From: Giardia intestinalis
Taxonomy: Eukaryota
Assembly: GCA_000002435.2 (NCBI GenBank)
Contig: CM018790.1
Strand: one strand, 5' to 3'
DNA: 64,000 nt
In this document: piece after piece, positions 28,948-38,325 of the stretch
How the letters are laid out: every line of letters begins with the position of its first letter
Position numbering within the stretch: position 1 is the stretch's first letter
Program-made: the position numbers and the translations under genes
Notes under the pieces: generated by a model
Databases searched by the model: none
Told to the model about the DNA's origin: nothing
The model's input: only the letters and a program-made list of their open reading frames with translations

Positions 28948-29226
28948 TTGGGTGTGATTTTTTGAAAGTCAAAATATGAAAAAGCGGAAGATTTTTTGAA
29001 GGTTAAAAGCGGGCTAGCTGACTTTGTCATAGGTTCTGTCTGCCAGCACTGTACCGCGCCCCAACCCTTCTGCTTGTCTGGGTTAGCTTTTAGATATCAA
29101 TCTTTTAATTTTTAACTATTATTTTTAGTGGATTAATTACATTCTAATCAACGTCCTACAAACTTACCAACGTATTCACGAAACTTCTGGTCCTAATTCA
29201 AGTATAATCTAGTCTAAAATTAGGGT

Positions 29227-31881
29227 CTAAATTTGGGACACGTCTCCCATGTCGCTTGCTAAAAGTCTTACACTATCTCCATCGAATCGGCGACGTTTAC
29301 GCTCCTCTAATTTCTTCTTGATAACGGTGAACCACAGAATAATGAACACAACGACGGCTACGAGCATGGCAACGCCAACGCCTATCCCAGCAGAGGCTTT
29401 TGCATTTAGCGTACAAGTGCCTGAATCATTTGTAAATCCACTATTACATATGCAGATGCCCTCTCCGCTATCAAAAAGTATGCTGCAAGATCCATGCCCG
29501 CTGCAAACGGTCCTTGAGGTAGATGAAGAGAAGCAGCCTAGCGGCATGCAAAATCCCGAAGTGTCATCCTTGCGAGAGCTGTCTCCCGAACAGAGGCACT
29601 CTGCCCCGTTTTCAGTAACAGCACAGCTGCCTTGTAAGCCACAAACACTCATGACACCGTCCCGCTGGTAGATGCAGGAGTCTGGGACACATCGGTCCGT
29701 CCCCAATGCGGTATATCCATAGTCGCACGAACAGATGTTCTCGGAAGAGCAAGATCCGTGACCACTACAGTATCCTTCCTCGCCCACACACGATCCTGGA
29801 ACACATTGTGCAACCCCATTGACAAAGACAATCGTGAATGGGAAGACACAGTCTTGGCACCACGCTCCAGAAAAACCTTCTTGGCACTTGCAGTAGTTTC
29901 CACCAGACGAAACCACACACTCCCCTCCGTGTTTGCAAGGAATGGTGGGGCACGACTGCTTATCGCATATGGCTCCAAACCAACCTTGCTCACACTTGCA
30001 AGCTGAGGTAGTTTCTCCTGTATTGGGGTCAGCAACTATCCGACAGGCTCCGTTACCAGAACACTCGGTCCCTTGTAGAGGGTCAATCTCGCATGGGTTT
30101 ATCTTACAGTCATGTCCATAAAAGTGCTCCAAGCACTCAGTGCACTCTCCGCTTTCAGAACACGTTCCCCCATTGCAGTTGGCATTGTCACCTTCGCAGT
30201 CATAGCGCTGGCAAAGGAGACCCTTGTAGTGCAGAGAGCACACACAACGGTGCAGAGAGACCTTTTTAACCACTGTACCGGCGCTAGTTGTAGAAACAAA
30301 CTCCTTCAGTGCACATGCCCCATTGCCAGAGCACTGCGGGGTGTCGGATCCGCAACCCTTGCGAGAGCAATCAGTCAAGTCTGACCCCGCAGGGCAGTTG
30401 CACGCCCAGCTTCCAAAGGAGTCTTGTACGCATGTCCCACCGTTACAGAGAGAATCCATACCATTGCAGCTGAACAGTTCGCATGCTGGACCACTGTATC
30501 CCGGTCTGCAGCGACATGTCAAGTCGCTACACGACCCACCGCCATTGCACTCTATATAGGTCTTTTGGACAGGAGCATCAGAAGATGTGAATTCCACTAT
30601 CTGGCAGGGGTTGTCCTGACACAGATTTCCTGTGTAGTTAGTTAAACACTTACAGGCATAAGAGCCTTCGACAAGCTTGCAGGCTCCACGACCCGAACAT
30701 ATGTTCTTCATGGAGTAATCTTTCTGATCATCTGGCAGCTGGGTGAGGCAATTTGTCGGAATGCAGTGCTGTGTCCCTATGAGCGCAGTATCGGGTGAAC
30801 AGCTACAGGACTTGGTGTCTGCATTACAGGATCCGTGGCCTGAGCAAACAATACCAGCGGAAATATCAGAGATGCATCCGTATGGGGTGCAGCTGTTGAT
30901 AGTCTTTGTAAAGTACTCCCCAATCCTGCAGGAATCGCAGTTTTCCCCAATCAGATTGTTCGGACATATGCACATGTGTAGAGCCTGGTCACAGATCAGT
31001 GGGGCAAAGCATACAGATGGATTAATAACGCAGTCCTCTAGGCTGCAGTCAGAGCCGACCCACCCTTCGTCGCAGTCACAGGTTGCATTATCAGGACCAT
31101 CATCACGACACGTGCCACGATCATTGCATTGCTTAACAATACTGTCCCCAATACTGTGGTAGATAATGCCACAGGGGTTCTTGCCACAGTCTGGTCCATA
31201 GTGATGGGGCTTGCACTTGCATTGCTTAGTCTGACGATCGCATGTATGCTTATCGTTGGTGCACACAAATAGGCCATTGGTGCAATCATAACTTTCGCAT
31301 GAGTGGCCATAGAAGCCAGCATTGCAATCACAGTAGTATCTAACGGGAGGAAGTTTCCCTGAGACCTCGGGGGCTTTCGTGCAAGTGCCACTACCACTGC
31401 AGTATTGATACTCCTTGGCAATGACATCATAGACAGGATTACATGTAGAAATGCTGCAATCGCCCTTATTGAAGCCAGGTTCACAGACACAAACGCCCGT
31501 CTCTGAGTCACATTTTTGCCCATTGCAGTCAGCAGGAGACGTACACATCTTCATCTCGCATGTATCCCCACTAAAGCCCTCCTCACAGACGCATTTATAC
31601 GTGCCATTGTCCTCTACGCACGTGCCAGCAAGGCTACATGCAACTGTCTTGTAAGGGCTTTCATGAAATATTGGCTGCTGCTCTCTGGGGTCTCTGTGAA
31701 TGCCACAAGGGTTAATCTCACACGAAATTCCGCTGACACCCTCAGGACACTTGCATCCAAACCAGTCGCACTGCCCAACATAACCACAGTCGTAATCAGT
31801 TAAACATGAAAAGGACGCCGCCGCGAATAGACTAATCACTAAAGTAATCATTAAAAAACTAATGTCATTTTTTCCTATCAT
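29227..31881 (-). CDS. High-cysteine membrane protein, EGF-like repeats (HCMP / Notch-like annotation class)
   Basis: Signal peptide (ISFLMITLVISLFAAASFS) and many EGF-like units (C..G.C....G.Y.C.C..G[FWY].G..C). A single TM helix GIGVGVAMLVAVVVFIILWFTVI is followed by a basic stop-transfer KKKLEERKRRR. There is no CRGKA tail, so it is not a VSP. Confidence 0.93.
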   Translation of the reverse strand: MIGKNDISFLMITLVISLFAAASFSCLTDYDCGYVGQCDWFGCKCPEGVSGISCEINPCGIHRDPREQQPIFHESPYKTVACSLAGTCVEDNGTYKCVCEEGFSGDTCEMKMCTSPADCNGQKCDSETGVCVCEPGFNKGDCSISTCNPVYDVIAKEYQYCSGSGTCTKAPEVSGKLPPVRYYCDCNAGFYGHSCESYDCTNGLFVCTNDKHTCDRQTKQCKCKPHHYGPDCGKNPCGIIYHSIGDSIVKQCNDRGTCRDDGPDNATCDCDEGWVGSDCSLEDCVINPSVCFAPLICDQALHMCICPNNLIGENCDSCRIGEYFTKTINSCTPYGCISDISAGIVCSGHGSCNADTKSCSCSPDTALIGTQHCIPTNCLTQLPDDQKDYSMKNICSGRGACKLVEGSYACKCLTNYTGNLCQDNPCQIVEFTSSDAPVQKTYIECNGGGSCSDLTCRCRPGYSGPACELFSCNGMDSLCNGGTCVQDSFGSWACNCPAGSDLTDCSRKGCGSDTPQCSGNGACALKEFVSTTSAGTVVKKVSLHRCVCSLHYKGLLCQRYDCEGDNANCNGGTCSESGECTECLEHFYGHDCKINPCEIDPLQGTECSGNGACRIVADPNTGETTSACKCEQGWFGAICDKQSCPTIPCKHGGECVVSSGGNYCKCQEGFSGAWCQDCVFPFTIVFVNGVAQCVPGSCVGEEGYCSGHGSCSSENICSCDYGYTALGTDRCVPDSCIYQRDGVMSVCGLQGSCAVTENGAECLCSGDSSRKDDTSGFCMPLGCFSSSTSRTVCSGHGSCSILFDSGEGICICNSGFTNDSGTCTLNAKASAGIGVGVAMLVAVVVFIILWFTVIKKKLEERKRRRFDGDSVRLLASDMGDVSQI

Positions 31882-31931
31882 TTTTCCTGTTCTTTTCGTG
31901 CGCTCATCTCTCTTCGGCTCAACACTGTCTA

Positions 31932-33278
31932 ATGATAAGCTCTCTGCTAATCATTCACGGGCTCACAGGTGGCATGGTGGCATACAGAGATTTCGTTCCC
32001 GAAGCCTCCAAGAAGGTCCAAGGCATCTTTACTAATCATATCTTGATAAACCCTGACGCTGAGCACTCCCCGCTTTTCTCAGTAGAGGACCTTAATATCT
32101 GTTTTATCAAGCATACAGACTGTTATTTGGTGGCTGCAAGTAGTACCAATGCAGATATCAATTCTGCTACCGCGTTCTCCATACTACATTCGCTGGTCAC
32201 CGTCCTAGACACCTTTCTTGACGGATTCACGAGCGCTCGCAAACTAGAATTGAACATAGTGGTCGTTCTGCGTGTCCTTGCAGAGTGTTCGAGCAACGGA
32301 CAGATCTTTAACTTTGACCTCTCGTTCCTGCAGAACTTAGCACGGCCAACACAGGTTTACGATACCTCTCGCAGCACAGGGAGTGTCGTTGTCCGAAAAA
32401 CGACCTTCCACCCTTCTCCAGTTTGGTCCCGTGAAAGACCTGCTCCGCTGACGTCATATGACGAGAACGAAATTGAGTTTACTATTTCTGAGCGAGCGGA
32501 TGTGGTGGTCGATCTGACAGGTAATAAGGTAGAATCCTGCGTCGTCTTGGGGGCTGTTAATGCCACTGTGCACCTTGTCAACTCTCCAGAGATCACGGTC
32601 ACCCTTTCGGATAACGTTAACATCAGCCAAGTACCCTCAAGTAAGCAAGCCAAGGGCGTTGCTGCCCAATCCCAGGCTTCAATTGAGCTATGTGATGTGC
32701 AGCTGCATAGAAGCGTTGACATAGCTAAGTTTCACATAGCTAAGAAGCTAGTATTCGTCCCCGTTGAAGAGGAGTTTAGGCTCTTCTCGTACAGGCTCAA
32801 TAAGGTCGATTCAGCGCCCATCCTCTGCATTGTCACCAACAGATCCAATCCCCAAAAGCCGCTGGAGCGCGAATACCATTTGAAGTTAGAAACGCTTTAT
32901 CCCAGTAGGATCATTTCAAAGCAGATTGTCATTTCTGTGCCTGTCATGATGAACATAGACTCGCCCAAATTGCAGACACGTCGCGGGATCATGAAGTATT
33001 GCCCTCATGAGCAAGTTGTCAAGTGGATCCTTGAGTCTCTTCCTGGGAAGCAGATATTTAAGGCGTTATTAAACTTTGGTGTACCTAGCAGACATAAGGA
33101 TCAGCTGGGTTGTGATGCTACGTCGCTGCGGCCTATTGTGATAGAATACACTATACCCTACCACCACATTAGCGGTCTGAATATAGACAAGTGCGTGGTT
33201 GACGCGGATTATAGTCCTGAAGTCACTGTTACCAAGTCACTGACTGGAATGGTTGTCATAAAACACACCATCGTGTAG
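31932..33278 (+). CDS. Clathrin adaptor (AP) complex medium/mu subunit
   Basis: N-terminal longin-like segment (MISSLLIIHGLTGGMVAYRDF...ICFIKHTDCYLVAASSTNADINSATAFSILHSLVTVLDTF). A mu-homology-domain pattern follows (DENEIEFTISERADVVVDLTGNKVESCVVLGAVNATVHLVNSPEITVTLSDN). The 448-aa length is typical of mu subunits. Confidence 0.75.
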   Translation: MISSLLIIHGLTGGMVAYRDFVPEASKKVQGIFTNHILINPDAEHSPLFSVEDLNICFIKHTDCYLVAASSTNADINSATAFSILHSLVTVLDTFLDGFTSARKLELNIVVVLRVLAECSSNGQIFNFDLSFLQNLARPTQVYDTSRSTGSVVVRKTTFHPSPVWSRERPAPLTSYDENEIEFTISERADVVVDLTGNKVESCVVLGAVNATVHLVNSPEITVTLSDNVNISQVPSSKQAKGVAAQSQASIELCDVQLHRSVDIAKFHIAKKLVFVPVEEEFRLFSYRLNKVDSAPILCIVTNRSNPQKPLEREYHLKLETLYPSRIISKQIVISVPVMMNIDSPKLQTRRGIMKYCPHEQVVKWILESLPGKQIFKALLNFGVPSRHKDQLGCDATSLRPIVIEYTIPYHHISGLNIDKCVVDADYSPEVTVTKSLTGMVVIKHTIV

Positions 33279-33452
33279 GTCTCTTCAGGTGCTTCTGCTC
33301 ATCATCTGAACTTTTGTACACTCCATCTACTTTACCAACGTCTGCACTTTACCTGCAGCCTCATCTCGCCCGCATCCATTCACTCTGCATCAGCTGTTTG
33401 AAAACTGAAAATTCCATCTTGTGCACGGATCCACAAGGTCCTTAGAAGTCGT

Positions 33453-33665
33453 CTACTTATTAGGCTGTGCATCGGGGGCCTGCAGGAGCGGCTTTTTCCT
33501 ATTGTTACTTAAAAACCACTGGCCAAGCCACAGCAACGGCTTGACAGGCCTCTCTTTAGCCAAGGCTATGGCGCCCTCATTGAGGTAGTGAATCATGTTT
33601 TGCTCAGATATATATTCCTGAATCTCTGCGTCTTCATACTCAACACCGGTGATGTAATCCGTCAT
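33453..33665 (-). CDS. DPY-30 domain protein
   Basis: HYLNEGAIALAKERPVKPLLWLGQWFLSNN matches the DPY-30/RIIa-like dimerisation motif (YLnktv.p.L.qGL..LAKeRP.dP..fLa.yLl.N). I prefer the second ATG (33665) because it follows gaaaattaag, a typical short A/T-rich Giardia leader. The ORF track starts at 33686. Confidence 0.75.
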   Translation of the reverse strand: MTDYITGVEYEDAEIQEYISEQNMIHYLNEGAIALAKERPVKPLLWLGQWFLSNNRKKPLLQAPDAQPNK

Positions 33666-33764
33666 CTTAATTTTCAAAAAAATCAAAAAAGTTAAAAAAG
33701 TTCCCGGATTTTTTTATCTTCTGCATGGAGGCAAAAGGTTGGTTTGCCGACTACTGAGGGGTTC

Positions 33765-36700
33765 CTAGGAAGTGGAAGAGCTAGAAAAAACCTCTTTGAC
33801 AAGTCCGTGAGAAACTCTACGGGCTTCCGCGGGTGAAAGTCCAAAGTACCTTAGGGTATTTTCTGTATCACCGGCTGGGGATAGCCCGTGATACAGCGCA
33901 AGATCGGCACATAAGGCATCATGGGAATCCTGTGCACCTTGAATGCTTTGCTCGTCCGTAGCACTAGCGATGTTCACTAAGCTAGTGAAGATGTTTTCCG
34001 CTAAATCTGCCACCCTCTTCGGTTTGTGGTATTCTTTAAGTGCCATTTTAATGATCTCATCGCATATTGCCTGGGACAATCCGAAGATACTTTGTCCAAA
34101 AATTCTGCTTGCGCCACCGCTCTGAGCCTCCAAAAATCGCACCATATTGAACTCCGATGAGCTGTCGGCAGATCCGCGAGCAGAGCAGACAATAGAGTTC
34201 CTTGTACTAGGGGCTGTACTCTTGTTTGCATCTGCGTGACCTTCCTGCCTTTTTCTTTTGTATTTAACTTTGATGACCACGCGTGCCCTTCCGTTGGAGT
34301 CTTGATAGTATTGGCCAGCATCTTCATCTCCATGATCTGACTCCGAGATGTAGCATATTAAGTCGCCAGTCTCCTGGTCAAACCTCCTGTAGTGTCGACG
34401 CACGCTCCCGTCCTCGGCCTCTTCTAGTGAATACTCTCTATCTTCGTAGGTATAGTCTACGTCGTCTTCAACAGCATCTACTTCACTGACTTCCTTTTGA
34501 TCGGACGTCTCTACAAATGGCGTCCGAGTACTGAGTTTAGCCATAGCTTTGTTCGCATAATATACTAGAATATCGTCAGAATGTGGGATTGGCCTCATTA
34601 GGCCATCTGAGCCTCTCACCAGGTGGCGCCTAGTTACCGAACGGCCTCCAACAATGATGTCCAGTTCTGAGGCAGTTTTCTCTATTTTGGATAATTCATA
34701 ATTTGCTGCTCTTGCCTTAATTAAGTGCTCCTTCAAATCAAACGGTTTCTGATTACCTGTCTTACCAGCCTGTTCAAAGAATGCATAGCTCATGTGATTT
34801 GCCTTTCTACCCGACTGTGCTACCTTCTGTAGCGCAAGATTGATGTCATCCCCTGATTGACGTGTAACGTATTTCAAGTATTGTAGTAGCTCACTCTCAA
34901 GTAATTCTAAATCTATCATAGATGGATCGTCATGCACACTCTTGTACATATCAGAGCTGTCTGCATGTGACGCCAGTAACTCTGGTCCTGATTCTAGTGG
35001 TTGGAGCATGTTGGAGGCCATTCTTCCACGAAGACAATTACGCTGAACTGATTTTGGTGCTCTGAATTGGGGATCGGGAGCAGGATGGGATTTGTCTCTC
35101 CGCATGATCAATAGATCTGTCAGTTCTATTGTAGAAATCGTCTGTATTGGGCCAATTCTTTCAGTTCCGGATGCTTTGACGGCTGGGTTTTGAGACACAT
35201 CGTTGTTAGCATCGCATGCCAGCAGCATATAAAAGACTGGATCACTGTTCCCCCAAGTGTCAAATGAAACTTGGATCGTACCTTTTGATGGAAGTTTTTC
35301 AATCTGCACGGGGAAGTACTCGACGGGGTCCTTTGGAGGGGCTTCTACTTCTGCCAACGACGGGACGTGCTGCTTAGACCGTTGAAACACTTGCTTTCGG
35401 AGATTAGTGGTCGATTTTGTAGCCATGCTCTTACGCAGATTGATTGATTTAGATGTGCTTGTTTGAATAGAATGGATATCACCCTCTGCAGCATTTAGCT
35501 TTAAATGGAGATCTGATAGTTTTGTGGTCATGCTGCTTACTAAGTTAGCACAGGCCGTTTGATCGGATTTCTCAAGACCTGGTGGTCTCCAACTTGAGTT
35601 GGTTGTGCTCCGTGACAAGTTAATGCAAAAATCGTGCTCTACACGTCCTCCTTTTTTATCTGAAATGTCCCTTGACGTGTAAATTGGAGTTCCACAAAGT
35701 GAGTGTTTAGAAAAGCGCTGGCGAACCTCACTCAAGGAAATATCAACGATGTGTTGGGCGACTACCTCGTTAAGCTGCACTATATCTAGGTTGGCTGACG
35801 GCACTCCACTCTTTGCTGGACAGATACCATTTCCTCCTACTGCACTACTTCTTGTCTGTACCGGTGTACTTATGGATCTCACAGAGCCATCTGCTTTACC
35901 TTGGGGCCTTGCAAGTATTGTTGCATGGTTGTTCATTAACTCTCTAAAGGGAATCCGTCGTATGGGATTGCTTCTGTCACGGAGGAGATTGTAGCGTATC
36001 AGTATATGAGGGACAGTTCGTGGAGATCCAACATCCACGTTAGTGAGTAGCTCCAAGTTTGTATCCGCCAAATCAGCACGGCAAATGCGCATAAGGTCAT
36101 CGTCACTGACTAGGTTGTGGAGTCCACGTAAGTTGGCATGAGTGCGTAGTCTCGTTATGTGCGGGTCATTGTGTCCTCCAGAGTCGCTAGATGTGTGAGG
36201 AGTCGTTCCAGTTGCTTTTAGATGCTCCAAGCGAAGCTCTTCTGCCTTTGAGGAGGCGTGTTGGGTGCTGCTGGTTGGGCTGGAAAGGGCATATCTGTCA
36301 CGTAGGTCTTGCTTGTCTGTGGATGACATTGTGCTTGAAAAGGAATGATCACACTGCTCTGCAGCAGCAGCTTGAGCAAGTCTTGTTGGCAATCGCTGTG
36401 TCCTGTTTTCCTTTTTGTCGAATTGTTGCGGCTGTGATAGTGGCGGCGGTGGCGGTGGCGGTGATTTCGATGATGATAATAAAGGTGATAAGTTGGGACT
36501 TGGAAGGGGAAGAGCCATACGTGTGGTTTTCTCTGTGGCAGCATCCAGGGAGGACACGATGGGCATAAGAGCTGAGGAAGATACAGCGGGGGGAGATTTT
36601 TCCACTGCTGGTTCTGAAGTAGAATCTGTTTCCATAGCTTGCTGCGAGTCTCCTACCAATTTATGGCGACATAGTTTTATGTGCGATGACAGCTTCATAA

Positions 36701-38267
36701 ATAGATCTTTATTAGACAGTGTTTTGTTTTGGGGTTGGCGCCATACAACAAAATACAAATTAGTTGCGTTATTCTGTTTGACACCCACAGAGATAGTATA
36801 ACTTTTAACATAATGAAGCGGCTTTTTCAAAGGCTGTACTTTTGATCTATCAAGTTGAGGATTTAGTTTTGCGTGCAGATCCCTGTACGTTAAAGGATGA
36901 TCAGTGTTCGCTTGCTTTATGGAATGCTTGTCATCTACAGCAGATTTAGGACTAGCTTCATTCGTCTCTCCAGCTAAATCGGTTTCAGAAGGTATGTCTG
37001 CCACGCAACCGCTGATAACAGGACCAACATATGTGTTACGTAGTACTTGTATCCCTCTCTGAAGCACTATGCTCCCGGGCTTTTGAGATATACCCAGATT
37101 TCGCGCCAAAACAGACCATTCACGTGTGTTGTAAGAATCTGCCTTTTCTAACAACTGTGATTCTTCCAAGGATATGACTCCTAGGCCCACCATTGTGTAT
37201 AGATATCTGACGAGGAGGATGACATATTGCCGTCCACGTATGGTATGATCAAATACGGCTTCTGTCGATAGGAGTGCAGCTAGCTTTGCAAAGAGAGGGA
37301 CCACAAAGCTTCGGGTAACCTCTCGGAGTAAGGGATACACCTCTATGAGAGTTCTAGATCTTATGTCTGCGTTGAATAACCGCGTAATGTAGGAGAGGAC
37401 TAGAATGGTATAGTTGGCATTACTAAGTAAATTAATTAGAGCCAACAGGAGGATGCGCAGGTCAACCATCCCTATCACAGCCTCTGCGAAGTAAATTAGC
37501 TGGTCTCTGTCCAGGATTGTAGCCGTTGCATACGATAACAGCTTAAGGAGATCGTTAATACTCTTAAGTACTACATCGATGTCTGTGCTCTGCGTGCTGG
37601 CATAAAGAGACCTAATATGCATAGGCCATCTGACCTTAATCTGAAAGAGCTCGGCACGGAGAGCGTCTGCGCTGCTGGCGTTAAGCAGAGAAGATAATGC
37701 GCCGTCGATCACGGCGTTCCTTTTGATATTAAGTGAAATTGACGCCATTGTAGATTTTGTTTGCTCGTCAAGTTGAAAAATGTTATTAATCCCTCCAATA
37801 TCACGTAAAATTTCATCATACTCAGCTCCTGAAACTAGATGCCCTATTTTATTTGTGAGATGCTTCTTGTGCCTGAACTGTGGGGACGCATCTTTGACCA
37901 TATGAAAATCGCCATGTTGATCTGAAACTGGCTCTGCACCCAAGTCTCGCAGCTGTCTACCATACTGAACTGTGGATCCAAAATACAGTTGGCCACTATA
38001 GCCATTAACGAGCTCTCGAAACGCGGGCCGAACAACTTGACAAGATACGTCTGCATAATTTTGTGGTTGACTATTACTACGCAATCTAGTTCTATTAATG
38101 GTTCGCAGATTGCTACAAGGGTCTCGTTGCTGGAGAGAACAAGCCCGCTTCCCAAGCTGCTTAAGGCCCTGAGACAGCCGCACTGCCTGCTTAGGATGTT
38201 TCATTGGAGGTTTATGAATATGCAGCACCACCTCATCCTGCTTGACATTGATGTAGTGAGCAAACAT
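33765..38267 (-). CDS. Very large hypothetical protein (1500 aa)
   Basis: Uninterrupted ORF with ATG start at 38267-38265. It contains a poly-Pro tract (SPPPPPPPLSQPQQ) and Ser/Thr-rich regions. No recognisable catalytic motif. Confidence 0.85.
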   Translation of the reverse strand: MFAHYINVKQDEVVLHIHKPPMKHPKQAVRLSQGLKQLGKRACSLQQRDPCSNLRTINRTRLRSNSQPQNYADVSCQVVRPAFRELVNGYSGQLYFGSTVQYGRQLRDLGAEPVSDQHGDFHMVKDASPQFRHKKHLTNKIGHLVSGAEYDEILRDIGGINNIFQLDEQTKSTMASISLNIKRNAVIDGALSSLLNASSADALRAELFQIKVRWPMHIRSLYASTQSTDIDVVLKSINDLLKLLSYATATILDRDQLIYFAEAVIGMVDLRILLLALINLLSNANYTILVLSYITRLFNADIRSRTLIEVYPLLREVTRSFVVPLFAKLAALLSTEAVFDHTIRGRQYVILLVRYLYTMVGLGVISLEESQLLEKADSYNTREWSVLARNLGISQKPGSIVLQRGIQVLRNTYVGPVISGCVADIPSETDLAGETNEASPKSAVDDKHSIKQANTDHPLTYRDLHAKLNPQLDRSKVQPLKKPLHYVKSYTISVGVKQNNATNLYFVVWRQPQNKTLSNKDLFMKLSSHIKLCRHKLVGDSQQAMETDSTSEPAVEKSPPAVSSSALMPIVSSLDAATEKTTRMALPLPSPNLSPLLSSSKSPPPPPPPLSQPQQFDKKENRTQRLPTRLAQAAAAEQCDHSFSSTMSSTDKQDLRDRYALSSPTSSTQHASSKAEELRLEHLKATGTTPHTSSDSGGHNDPHITRLRTHANLRGLHNLVSDDDLMRICRADLADTNLELLTNVDVGSPRTVPHILIRYNLLRDRSNPIRRIPFRELMNNHATILARPQGKADGSVRSISTPVQTRSSAVGGNGICPAKSGVPSANLDIVQLNEVVAQHIVDISLSEVRQRFSKHSLCGTPIYTSRDISDKKGGRVEHDFCINLSRSTTNSSWRPPGLEKSDQTACANLVSSMTTKLSDLHLKLNAAEGDIHSIQTSTSKSINLRKSMATKSTTNLRKQVFQRSKQHVPSLAEVEAPPKDPVEYFPVQIEKLPSKGTIQVSFDTWGNSDPVFYMLLACDANNDVSQNPAVKASGTERIGPIQTISTIELTDLLIMRRDKSHPAPDPQFRAPKSVQRNCLRGRMASNMLQPLESGPELLASHADSSDMYKSVHDDPSMIDLELLESELLQYLKYVTRQSGDDINLALQKVAQSGRKANHMSYAFFEQAGKTGNQKPFDLKEHLIKARAANYELSKIEKTASELDIIVGGRSVTRRHLVRGSDGLMRPIPHSDDILVYYANKAMAKLSTRTPFVETSDQKEVSEVDAVEDDVDYTYEDREYSLEEAEDGSVRRHYRRFDQETGDLICYISESDHGDEDAGQYYQDSNGRARVVIKVKYKRKRQEGHADANKSTAPSTRNSIVCSARGSADSSSEFNMVRFLEAQSGGASRIFGQSIFGLSQAICDEIIKMALKEYHKPKRVADLAENIFTSLVNIASATDEQSIQGAQDSHDALCADLALYHGLSPAGDTENTLRYFGLSPAEARRVSHGLVKEVFSSSSTS

Positions 38268-38325
38268 GAGGTGGAGAGTGGGTAGAAGAAATCAAGGCCT
38301 GCGGTTTATAAAATCTCTTTTTGGT

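Noticed and set aside
38265-38268. Back-to-back start codons sharing cATG (plus ATG 38266, minus ATG 38267)
   Set aside because: With no promoter space for the plus-strand gene, this is unlikely to be real. The next in-frame ATG at 38326 has a proper A/T-rich leader, so the overlap is probably an ORF-calling artefact.
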